Positions 29,102 through 43,201 of a stretch of 64,000 bases of DNA are shown in pieces; position 1 is the stretch's first letter; each line of letters opens with the position of its first letter. The notes beneath the pieces are model-generated. The model was not told the DNA's origin, ran no database searches, and worked only from the letters and a program-made list of their open reading frames with translations. Position numbers and translations under genes: made by a program. Source of the DNA: Chrysomallon squamiferum. Lineage: Eukaryota > Animalia > Mollusca. The DNA is taken from positions 24,118,001 through 24,182,000 of the forward strand of contig CM022671.1 of the NCBI GenBank assembly GCA_012295275.1. Reading direction: 5' to 3'.

Positions 29102-30302
29102 TCAACATAAATTTGATCTGTAATAACTCCAAGAGGTATCCATCTCTTTTGTGTCGTTCTCTGCTAGAGTAAAGATCAGTTCACAGTCGTTTGTGTTAGC
29201 ATTGTGGTTAAAAGCCAAACAGTCTGTTTTCATTCCACAGTATTTCGCACATTCTATAGTATTGTTCGTTTTAGACACTAATTCAGAAAACTGCGTTTTC
29301 AGACGAGTTCCTTTTTCGCGCTGGAAAAGGTTTTGCTGAACATTTTCTACAAGAAAAGTAAATAAAATATTAATATAAGTAATTTGGTAATAAGGTTCTA
29401 CATTATTATTTTGAGATTACTTCCTTGTCAGCGCTGGAAAAATTGATGATCACTGTATCCTAAAACAGAAAGTAATCTTTACACAGGTAGTAATAAGTTC
29501 TATAATAATGTAAAAAAAAAAAATATAGAGACATAAAAATAATGTAAACAAAAGAAAATGTAATAGTACAAAAATGTAGGCTAGTTTTGGTGAAGTGTGT
29601 TAGATTAGGTGCAGTTGTCAAATTGGTATTATCTTGGTGGAAAGCTGGACTCACAATAAATTAGAATCATCTTTAGGTAAAGTTTTTCGAAATCCGGAAA
29701 ACCGAGGTTACATTTTATTTTATTTTATTTTTGTTATATTTTATTTTATTTTATTGATTTATTTTTATGAAATGAAATGAAATAAATAAATTAAATATAG
29801 TTTTCAAAAAAAAAATAAACCAGATCGCCACCATTCGCTAAACTGTGAAAGTGATGGAAAAATTGGTTAATTTGAAAGGAATGTGCATCTATTACGTTTT
29901 ATATTACATTTTTTTGACGTCCGTTAGCAGAAAAAAAGTACCTTAGCATAAATGTTAACTAAGAAATCTGCTGACAAGAGATAGACCTAAACTGCAGGGT
30001 TAACAACTTTAATTACCCACGTCAGTATCCATATCACCAAAGACCTGAACGTTACACAGAGTGAGGGAGTCGTCTTTGCCGTTCATTTTCCATTTCATTA
30101 TTCTGACAAAACGACCTTTCAGTGGATTCGTGCATGTAAACGTTTTAGTTTCCGCCTTTCCTAGCGGCGGACCAGTGTAATTTACGCAAACTTGAGACGT
30201 GGCCGCATAACAGTGTTGTGGGTTTTGATTCAATATTTCAATAACAAAACTGTGTAGTCTCTCCCCTGTAAAACAATGAAATAAAACTAAAATACACATT
30301 GA

Positions 30303-30366
<64 letters not shown>

Positions 30367-30754
30367 GCAATTATAATAATTGTATCTTTATGTATGTAAG
30401 TATATGAATGCATTTTTGTATGTATGTATGTATGGATGGATGCATATATGTATGTATCTATGTAAGTATATATATATATATATATATGTGCGTATTTATT
30501 TTATATGCGATTGTTAAATTTCTACTTACAAACAGCGTCTCCTCTGTTTGTCAGTTCTACCTGGTTTATAAGAAATGTCCCTTGTAAGTCCACCATCCAC
30601 CAGGGTTTCATGTCGGCCCAACCAGAGTGAGAACAGTAGTCATTAATAAGATCAGTACCAGTGTTGCTATCAACGGCGTATTTTGCAAAATACTCCAAGA
30701 AAATGCTGCTCATAAAACTGGGTTTTTCAAAGGCTAAATTCACAGAATCACTGT
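29102..30754 (-). CDS. B1: F-type lectin-PAN/apple gene, exons 2-4 (30530-30754, 30017-30265, 29102-29346); first exon uncertain
   Basis: 225+249+245 nt open exons with GT-AG phase-1 junctions. VNLAFEKP..AVDSN..CSHS..PWWMVDL..RGDAV|WERL..LTLCNVQVFG; PAN exon ECAKYCGMKTDCLAFNH..CEL..WSYYRSNLC*. Confidence 0.88.
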
Positions 30755-31488
30755 CTGAAATAAAAACAATTATGGAGTCAGATCTACACATGTTAAATAA
30801 AGCATAATCATCGATGCACACTTGTAATAACATCTAAGATTGTAACTGGAATGAAACCATTACAGTTAATGATGTCCTTTATTATTACATTAATAAGAAA
30901 TATAAGTTTAGAGAGAAAATATTTTATTTAGTTATCATAAAAATCCTAGTCGAAAATTAACAAGATTTGACTACTGTGTGTAGATAATCAATACATAATA
31001 ATTTGAGTTAAGAATAAAATATCGATTATAGTTTAGAAAATACAAACATACAATACTAATTATATTTAACACAGATACCACTATTTATTCCTGTTTCCGT
31101 TTTAAAAAATTCATGTAAATCATTCAAAAAGCCCTGGCAATACATGAAACTTAGAAATATAAATAAAAAACTTTCGATGATTAATATCAAAATAACTGAT
31201 ATAAAATCTTTAAACTGTGCCAGTAGTTTTCCTGTGAGAATGAGAAACGTTATACAGATTTTATAAGTTGATAATAGTAAATTTTGCCATTCATTACCAT
31301 TTACAGAAATTATGACCATAACAGTTTCAAATTCTTGGGCAATTCTGTCGCTAATTTTTATTTTTTATTAGTTTCTTTTAGATATTTTAACAAGAAACAA
31401 ATTTGATTAATCTTAGCAGTATCGAACTGTTATGACTTAGAAGAGGGCATGTTTTATTATTATAATATCTCAAACATTGGTCACACAA

Positions 31489-32322
31489 AGGTTTAGTGCC
31501 CGTTCATGTATCTGATCATGTACGGACCTTACGGTACGGGTCATGAACGTAACTCGCTTTCAGTTTAGCTTCCACACAAAGCACAAAGCACGTACCGAAA
31601 TACGTCAAGCAAGGTAGGTAACTACAGCTCCAGAACTCAAAAAAAGGTTTATTTGGAAAACAGTATATAATATAAATATATTTGGTTTGAACATGTATAA
31701 GATATGCAATGTTTATATTGCCAAATGAGCAAAATCAATTACAGGTTCTCCATAGACTGAAATATCAAAATTCAAGGCAAATTGTTTTCAGATAAAAAGT
31801 GGTAATCTTTTTCATATTAAAACAATCAAAGATATCTTGGAGTCATTGTAATCTGTTTTTATTGCTGTTCTGAAAATTACGTTATAGGAAAATTATGTTT
31901 TGCAAAATTTTGCCACATATTAATTATTGGTTATTTGCTTCTCTTGCAGCAATATAGTACACACTGAACTATGGAATGGCCAGTAGTTTCATTTGCTAAC
32001 GAAATAAATGTTTTGTCTATTTCTCAAAACAACATCTTAAACCAATATAAGAGTCAACAATGCTAATTTACTACTTTTCAAGTATATATTAGTTCTGGAG
32101 AGAAGGAGATCTGGTTTTGGTCTTTTTTTTTTTTTATGTGATAACCACTAATCTGTGCAAAGATAATTAAAGAAAATTATAAAATCAAGATTCACCCTTT
32201 ATAATGATACGGAAATGCATACGTGTAAGTGCTTCGCAGTACGTAAACACGTACATATAGGAAATCTCGCGAGAAAAGACGATACAGGGTCGGTACGTGA
32301 ATGTTACGACTATGCTAAACCT
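31489..32322. mobile_element. Putative non-autonomous TIR (MITE-like) insertion upstream of B1 exon 2
   Basis: Terminal inverted AGGTTTAG (31489-31496) / CTAAACCT (32315-32322) with CpG-rich, partly complementary subtermini. Homology to B2 intron 1 stops at ~31487 and resumes at ~32335. Confidence 0.6.
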
Positions 32323-34099
32323 CTCTAATGACAATGCCTATTGCATATTATTTAGTATATAATTATACTTCATTAATATTTATTACACTGTTCTCTCTTG
32401 TAAAGCCCATAATCCTTAAATGAACTTTTGCCTTGGGCTGAGACGTAAAGAATTCGTTTCTGTATTGTTCAGCTCGTGTTTATTAACTGAATACTTAAGT
32501 TTTCTTAGGTGATACTCTTGTTGATTAAATTTATTTATTCACTCCTTTGAGTATAAAATCGACAGACAACAGATATTTATTTTCAGATTTTTTTAAACAT
32601 CAATTCCTTGTGCAGTTCAATATAACTATGTTAGAAAAATATTTCTGCAAGATTATGTTTGTTCACTTTATTAATAAATAATAAGCTGAGATGATTTATT
32701 TAAAATAATCGGCCGTTTATCAGATATTATCGTTTATATATGTTGTATTAATAAAAAAATCTGGTCGATTATACGTACCATAATATGTTTTTATTTTATC
32801 TCATCTTTTATATTTTCATACCGTTTTCTTCTTTCTTTCATTCTTTCTTTCTTCATTCATTCTTTTATTTATTTAACTTCTTACATAAATATTTACTTTT
32901 TTATTTATTTATATTTAATTTTAATTTTTTATTTATTTTATATTTAATATTAATTTTTTATTTGATGTACTGTTATTATTTATTTATTTATTTGTTTATT
33001 TATTTTTTATTTTTTAAATTGTATTTTTTTTTAATGTCCGAAGCCTTATATTTTTTTAATGTCCCTTCTTTTTTGACACCCGTTCAAATGATGTTCTCTT
33101 TATTTCTTTACAAATAATTAATGTAATGGATATAGAGAAATATTCCTATTTAGACCAATAAAACTCAACTTTGTTTATTATGTATGGAGTTTACTCGATT
33201 ATTTTAATTCTGATGGGAAGAATTCAATTTTGAATAGATTTGGACATTTTATTTTTATTAAACTTTTTTTTTTGTAGTTGTTGGTCTTCTTTTTAAATAT
33301 TGATTCATTTAATAGCTCTATCAAGACAATCGTATTCTGCGGCATTTAGTTTAATCCTTTGTTGCCCATTTTCATCTACTTTAATTATCCGTATATTATT
33401 ATTATATAAATATTTACCAAATCTTTATAATATTATATCAAATATTTCTGACCAGTCAATCTTAATCGGTAAAAAAAAAAATAATAATAATAATAAAGAA
33501 TTTGTTTTTAAAGAACATAAGCCAAAACTGCAAAAGAAAGATTCAGAAATTATTTTTAATACTTTCCTTTAATGCTCTTTTTATGCAAGTAGCTTTCAAG
33601 ACAACTGTAAAGTTAGCAACATTTTAAATTCATTCGAAGACTCTTGCATCCATAAGTTTCTCCATTGATTTTATTTGATTTCATTTTATTTGGGCAATAT
33701 ATTATCGGTGCTATGTTATTCTTCGTTTTGACGTATGTAAAATATTTTCATTGTCTTTTTCAATGATTTTTTAATATGAGAATTTCGAGTGCTTGTTCAA
33801 AATACGACTAGGAAAAGAATCGACAGGTTTTCAAAATCAGCTAGGAAAAATAAGCTTGTTTTTGATTTATCTATTCTCTATATTACATTATAACATAATT
33901 ATGATTATTATTATTATTTTTTTTTTCAGTTCTGAAAGGACCTTCAATAAAGCAACTTATGAGATTGAGTTATCAAAAACACACATTTTCATTTTGTAAA
34001 CAGTAACTTATTTTGTAAGATTACTAAGTAAATAACTATGTCACTCTGTAATAAATAAACTAAATATTATATCTACAAGATATGTTAATACAAAATTAC

Positions 34100-34145
34100 C
34101 TGTGACTTGTAAGAACAGAGATATTATCCACGTTATCTTCAACAT
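34100..34145 (-). CDS. Candidate alternative signal-peptide exon 1 for B1 (MLKITWIISLFLQVT-D...)
   Basis: ATG, a basic residue then a hydrophobic core, and 46 nt ending in a phase-1 donor CAG|GTAAT that is compatible with B1 exon 2. Not homologous to the B2-B5 leader exon. Confidence 0.4.
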
Positions 34146-34779
34146 CACCGTCGGTTTAATCCAGATGTTATCCAAACTATTACCCGCGATTAAAACTTAC
34201 TGACAAATAGATCCCAGTTCAATAGTGGCCTGAGTCGTTTATCCCTTCAGTGATTTCCTTACTACAGTTGCTATGCGATTTAATAAACATGTACACTCTG
34301 TCTCTAACATGTCTTTATCTCTAATTCCAATTTTTGTTGTTTACAGATAAAATATTAATCTTTGTTATAATACTATGTTTGTGAACTTGAAAAGTAGATT
34401 TTATTAATAAGTACGCTGCTGCAGAATTACTTTAGAATTATAGAAATAGTAATCAGAAGGAGGACAAAGAGAACAAGACGGAGAACAACAAGAACAAAAG
34501 TAGTAGTACTTTGTAGTCGTCGCAGTAGTGGTATAACACTGAGGGGGATACATATACTTCAGCAGTTAATTATTATTCTGCAGAATAATAAATATAGTAA
34601 TAAAAATAATTTCAACAACATCATCAACATTTAGAAGAATTTTTATGCAAACATATAACAATCACTGAAATGGTTCCAAAAATCAGAGAACGTATGTGTC
34701 AGGAGCCTTTAAAAACAGGAAATTCTATTCCGGTAGGTTTGAAAGTATAGGAATCCACACTTATATTATGGAAATCGGA

Positions 34780-34966
34780 CAGCTAGAAACACTTCTAGGC
34801 AAAAAGTCAACTTTAGGAGGCAACTTGGTAGCCATCTTGAAAAATGGTCACCATCAATATTTCCAAAAGGCCAATGAAACAGAATTGATTAGAATCCGCT
34901 AGAGAACACTATGTTAAAACCTTGATGCGTAATGTATACAGTTTTTCAGTTACCTACTACACTAAT
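34780..34966. mobile_element. Possible degenerate Helentron/DINE-like non-autonomous element remnant
   Basis: Contains 'ggtagccatcttgaaaaatggtcacc', which resembles the GGCGGCCATCTTG core of such elements. Recognised from memory only. Confidence 0.25.
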
Positions 34967-35062
34967 ATCTTTAAAAGCATTCTTAACAGAAAAATATAAA
35001 AATTAAATTTTACATATTCTCAGAATACAACTGTGTTTTTAATGAATACTGCTTTTCAGTAG

Positions 35063-35445
35063 GGAATGAATGAACGAATGAATTAACGAATTTCGTCAAC
35101 ATTTTCAATTTAACTACAATGAGGCATTATTAATATTTTTGTACATTGTTGATAACAGATAGGAAACCTGTAGCCGCATTTTAGATGTGAAGCACTCTGT
35201 GTCCTTTTTATACTTCTGTTAGACAATTATCGTGAACACAACTTAGGAGCTCGTCAGACAAGTCTGTGCAGGTACGGATTAGCCGCTTGAGGTTTTGTTG
35301 TATGCACCATCCCATACACAGGAAAGCACATCACCATTACTTTTAAGCAGGAACACTATTGTCAAATAGCCACTTTAAACAACGATGTGTATTGGATTCT
35401 GCGACATATCGTGCAGTAAACTAGCGCTCTAACCACTAAATTACA
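35063..35445 (-). mobile_element. Degenerate tRNA-derived SINE
   Basis: On the minus strand there is an A-box-like 'agtggttagagcgc' at the head, a body 'ggatggtgcatac..gctaatc..caggtttcct', and a (TTCA)n tail. Homologous copies lie at ~52840-53095 and ~63250-63510. Confidence 0.55.
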
Positions 35446-35559
35446 GCCCGTCAACGTTCATCGGTAACTATGACCAATATGAAACTTTGTCTTCGGTGGT
35501 TACTGTAATTAAAATTAAAATATACGTCTTTAACTTATTCGCCATGTATTTAAGTTCAA

Positions 35560-38470
<2,911 letters not shown>

Positions 38471-39483
38471 TCCAGAGGAGACACTCTCTGTAGATGATTT
38501 GTAACTGACGTAATGTCCTGTTCAGTTAAGTTCGATATTTAAACTCAATATATCAATTATAATAAAATATTTTGCCAAAGCAAAAAGCTAAGGATTCGGC
38601 GACGTTATTTCTGTGGCCAGCAACATCGTTACGCTGATTTTATCGACATCTTTGTGAAATTATTATTATATTTTTCTTAATAAGCGTTAACTTATATGGA
38701 TAATATCATTTGTCATATGAAGATTATAGGAATATAAAATTTAGATTTATTGATATATGTTGCTTTAACAAATAAGGGATGTAGTGTGTGAAAATAAAGC
38801 TTCTGCCACACGTGACGTTACCAGGATACATACGGACAATTTCAGACTGTCTATCTGTATATTTAGTAGCATTAACAAGGCTGTTTTCACATACAATCTG
38901 TATATTAAGCTACTTATTTTCCTTCTTCTTTTTTTTTCTTTATCTTTAAAAAAATAAAAAATAAAAAATAAAAAATAAAAAAATATTTTAAGTTCTTTTT
39001 ATTAACAAAAATCTGATACAACCAGTTCGTTTCATTGCTTATGAAGTCATTAAACATCGGGTTGTTGATGTGCCCACACTTTCAAGGGTTGGCGTTGTAT
39101 TTGATGGCCAAGCAGCCCGTTTTTTGCTGACATGCTGTGGGGTTACCACGTCTGTGAGGAGAGTGTTAACAGATATCAAACGCGCTTCTCTAGTCATACA
39201 GAAATTGATTAGAAAACCACATCCGGATATGTAATAATACATATTATACATTATTAAACCAACCCATATATAAATACCAATGTATAAATCAGTGTACTAT
39301 AATTAAATACAGACGCGGTACAATCAATATTTAAAGTTTATCAAGTTCAAAAATATGTTTAACCAAAACACAAACAATTAGCTACTGTGAAGCTAGAAAT
39401 AGCCCAGTATAGACGCGACGATTCAGATCGATCCTGCGATATATCGTGCTTTAAAGTAATGTTCATTTCACAGAATTGTATCG

Positions 39484-39730
<247 letters not shown>

Positions 39731-40504
39731 AAGTAGTAGAAGCAATTATGCTGTTGTTGTTATTGTTGTTTTTATTAATAATGATATTATTATTAATATA
39801 TTCTTCAAAATACAATGGACACTATGAATATTGTGTTGCGAGAGAAAACTGAAATACATGATCTGATAAAACATCTTACTGCTTTAGTTATGTGTTACGA
39901 AGACCTAAATCGCAAAACCCGTGAACAATTTACATACCTTCTGCGTGATCATTTCCAGTATGTCTATTATTTTGATATGACAAAAAAAAAAAAAATCTTT
40001 TATAATATCTCAGCGACAAAAACATATATTAGTTTGCCTAATACAGCCGCTAATATAATGCTGTTGTCTGAAATGATTGTGTTATATGACATTTTCGTCA
40101 ATTTATTTTGAAAAAGAAAAAAAAAAGGCAAATCAATTAAAAGATGTTATGCTTGCAATTATGTTTAAAAGTAAATGTTTGGTAGGTAAATTAAACAAAT
40201 CGAGTTATAATAACGTATTTACATCGTTACAATATTTGTGCAATACTTATGCAGTAAAAGCTGCCTTAGTTGACTGTCAGCAGATCAATAAAAAAGCACT
40301 TTAATAATTACTTTTTACGCGTTACTTCTTTCAGTTAAAAAGCTATGAAAATCGTTTGTTTTAGACAAGAGCAGCAATCTTTTCTAAAGCTGTGTTTATC
40401 TTGAATATCTACGTGAAAGTGTCAACATAATTTTGTTTAGATGTCTGTGACAAAAAGCAGCTGTACCTTTATAACAAAATTGAAACAAATATATTATTGT
40501 TGTC

Positions 40505-40520
40505 ATTGTCGTCGTCGTCG

Positions 40521-40595
<75 letters not shown>
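40505..40595. repeat. Compound (GTC)n-(ATC)n-(ATT)n microsatellite
   Basis: Direct reading. Confidence 0.95.
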
Positions 40596-40596
<1 letters not shown>

Positions 40597-41054
40597 AATT
40601 TAAAAAAAAGCCTGTTCCAAACTGAAGTAATTTTATTATGTAGCCTTTGTTCATTTTCTTTTATAAACCATGAAATATAATTTGTTTTGTATACATATAA
40701 ATTTAACTTCTTGTGTCTTTTCTTTTAAACGTGGATTATTTTCAGTGCTCAGTTAAACCAGTAACCTACCAATAGTCACTTCTGGTAAAGGTCATATAAT
40801 TTAAAACAACAAAGGTCATGGCTAAGTGAACACATTCTCATCACAAAGTCGCTGCCGTGATCGATACAGTAACAATCAATAATATGGTCCAAGTATTAGG
40901 AAGAATAACGGAATGCTACATAAAGTCTCTGTATTTATTTCTTCGTATTATTTATTTATTTTTTTTACGTTTCAGCGGAATACCGATCAACTTCGTTATC
41001 CAGTCTCAGTTAATATTTAATAATACCTATATAGTAGTTTTCAAAGTAATTTCT

Positions 41055-41246
41055 AAAAGCACAAAAGTATTCAGGATGATATATATTACTCAAAATGCTG
41101 CATAAAAGCACATACTTGCATATTCAGAGGATGACACTTGCTACTCAAAATGCTACAAAAAGCACACACTTGCATATATACAGGATCACACGTATTACTT
41201 AAAATATTACCTAAAGCCGCGTGTATAATCATGAGGATCATACACA
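41055..41246. repeat. Degenerate ~50-55 bp minisatellite, ~3.5 copies
   Basis: 'aaaagcaca...ggatga/ca....tactcaaaatgct' recurs at 41055, 41104, 41158 and ~41213. Confidence 0.7.
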
Positions 41247-43201
41247 TATAAGGTAAAAATACGCTTTCATTAGCAACTTATTAACAGACCACATCAAATT
41301 GCACTGGACCAATACAGTTGAGAAGCATAGGTGTGTGAATACAGTCAAATATTTCAGCTAACTGTCTCTCTCTGACTGTCTGAGTATTGGGTACATGACA
41401 AATGAACATAAACCGCTAGACCTGCTTTCAAAGCCAGCTCTGTATGACGTACACTCTCCTTTCTAAAGCATTTTATTTATTATGTAGCAGTCAACAGTCT
41501 GTGTATACCCATTTTGATTGTTCTCAGCAATGTTAAAACTAATATACGAAAACAAGTGACATTATCTGTTAACAAATAACTGGACAGAGAAGGAAACTGT
41601 AATGTTTTAATGGTTGGAAAGCTGCTTTAAGCTACGCAGTACCAGGATCAATCGCCCTTTGTGCGACCATAGGGATATTTCGCACAAACAGTTTATCAAA
41701 GACCGTGAAACGCTTTTTACCGCTTGTGATAAACAAGTTCATTTTATAAATCCACTGCGGTTTCCTATTCACAACACCATTATTTAACACCCACGTGAAA
41801 ATAATTGTTATGTTAGTCAAGCATATACTCACGTGATTGTTTTGTATATAACAAATAGCTGTTTCGCATTACTTATTCACTTTCATATTATTTTTCAGAA
41901 AAGATAAAATAATAATAACACCCATCGACAACCACATAGTAAATAGTTTGCAGCATTTATTTGAAAAAACATCCATCAGTGATAATATTGGTAACTGAAA
42001 AAAAAGAACGTTTTCTATAACATATTCGATTCCGCATTTATAAAGAAATGTCAGTCGAACTAACTGCAATATAGAATAGTTAATTAACTATAAAAAATTA
42101 AATATTGAATGTATTAACACATTCGTTTTTTTTCAGCATTACCTGACATTTAAACTATTTTAATATTGATAACGAAATACTGTGTGTAGGTTGTATGTAT
42201 CTGCGTGTGTTTGTATTTATATGTATGAATGAGATTTTTATATAATGTGCCATCAACTGATTTGCTCATTCGATCGTTCACACGATTGATATGATAATAG
42301 CCATTTTTATTTTTATTTTATTTATTTATTTTATTTATTTATTTATTATTATTTAGAACTTATTTATTTATTTAGAACTTATTTATTTATTTTTATTTTT
42401 ATTTTTTTTGGGGTCTTTATGAAAAAAGAAAAACGAAATAAATAAATGAAAAAAATCAAGATTATAAATATATTACTTCATGTTTGCAATATTCTGTAGA
42501 CAAGAATATGAACTAATTCAAGAAAACAAATATCAGAAAGATTATAATAGAAATAAATAAAGTTTGTAGATTACTGAAACATTTATTACCGTTTGAACTA
42601 AAATAATGAAAATAAAGGACAACCATGTTTTATCATACTCACGGTGACACTTTAAATGAAAATACTAACTAAAGCAGATAACGATAATCATCACTTATCA
42701 AGTGCTAAAGTCTCACAGATAAACTTTAACTGAAATTATTAACTGAAGTAGATAAACACGATAATTATTTTCAAGTGTTGAAGCCTCACATATTAGGTTT
42801 AACTGATATGATTAGCTGAAAATTATCAACTTCTTCTGTTTACATGATAACCACTTTTATATCCATTTCATCTTGCTGGTTATTCAATTTTATATTTATA
42901 ATGTTTTCATTGGCCATTATCACGTTTGTCGATTACTTTCTAGTCATAAAATTTAATGTGCACCCAATGGTAACTTTGTAACCTGTGTGACTTAATCGGT
43001 GTTCGATTACTTTCTAGCCATAAATACGACTCCAGCTGTAACCAAAGTTTACTGTATAAGCATAGTATGTTAAATCCATTCCTTACAGAATTATAGTATA
43101 AAGCAAAGCTCATTTCTTTATCAGCAAATAAGTATTAATAATTACAGGATTATAGTAATTTATTTCAAACTAGTGCCTATTTGAGTAAAGATTATCGTAA
43201 A

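Noticed and set aside
29151-29339. Conserved 62-aa ORF MSFSARVKI... recurring at 29151, 46865 and 60660
   Set aside because: It is the antisense shadow of the PAN exon, so its conservation is explained by the sense gene.
41055-41246. CRISPR-like repeat-spacer pattern
   Set aside because: The units are degenerate over their whole length with no unique spacers, the context is eukaryotic, and there are no cas genes.
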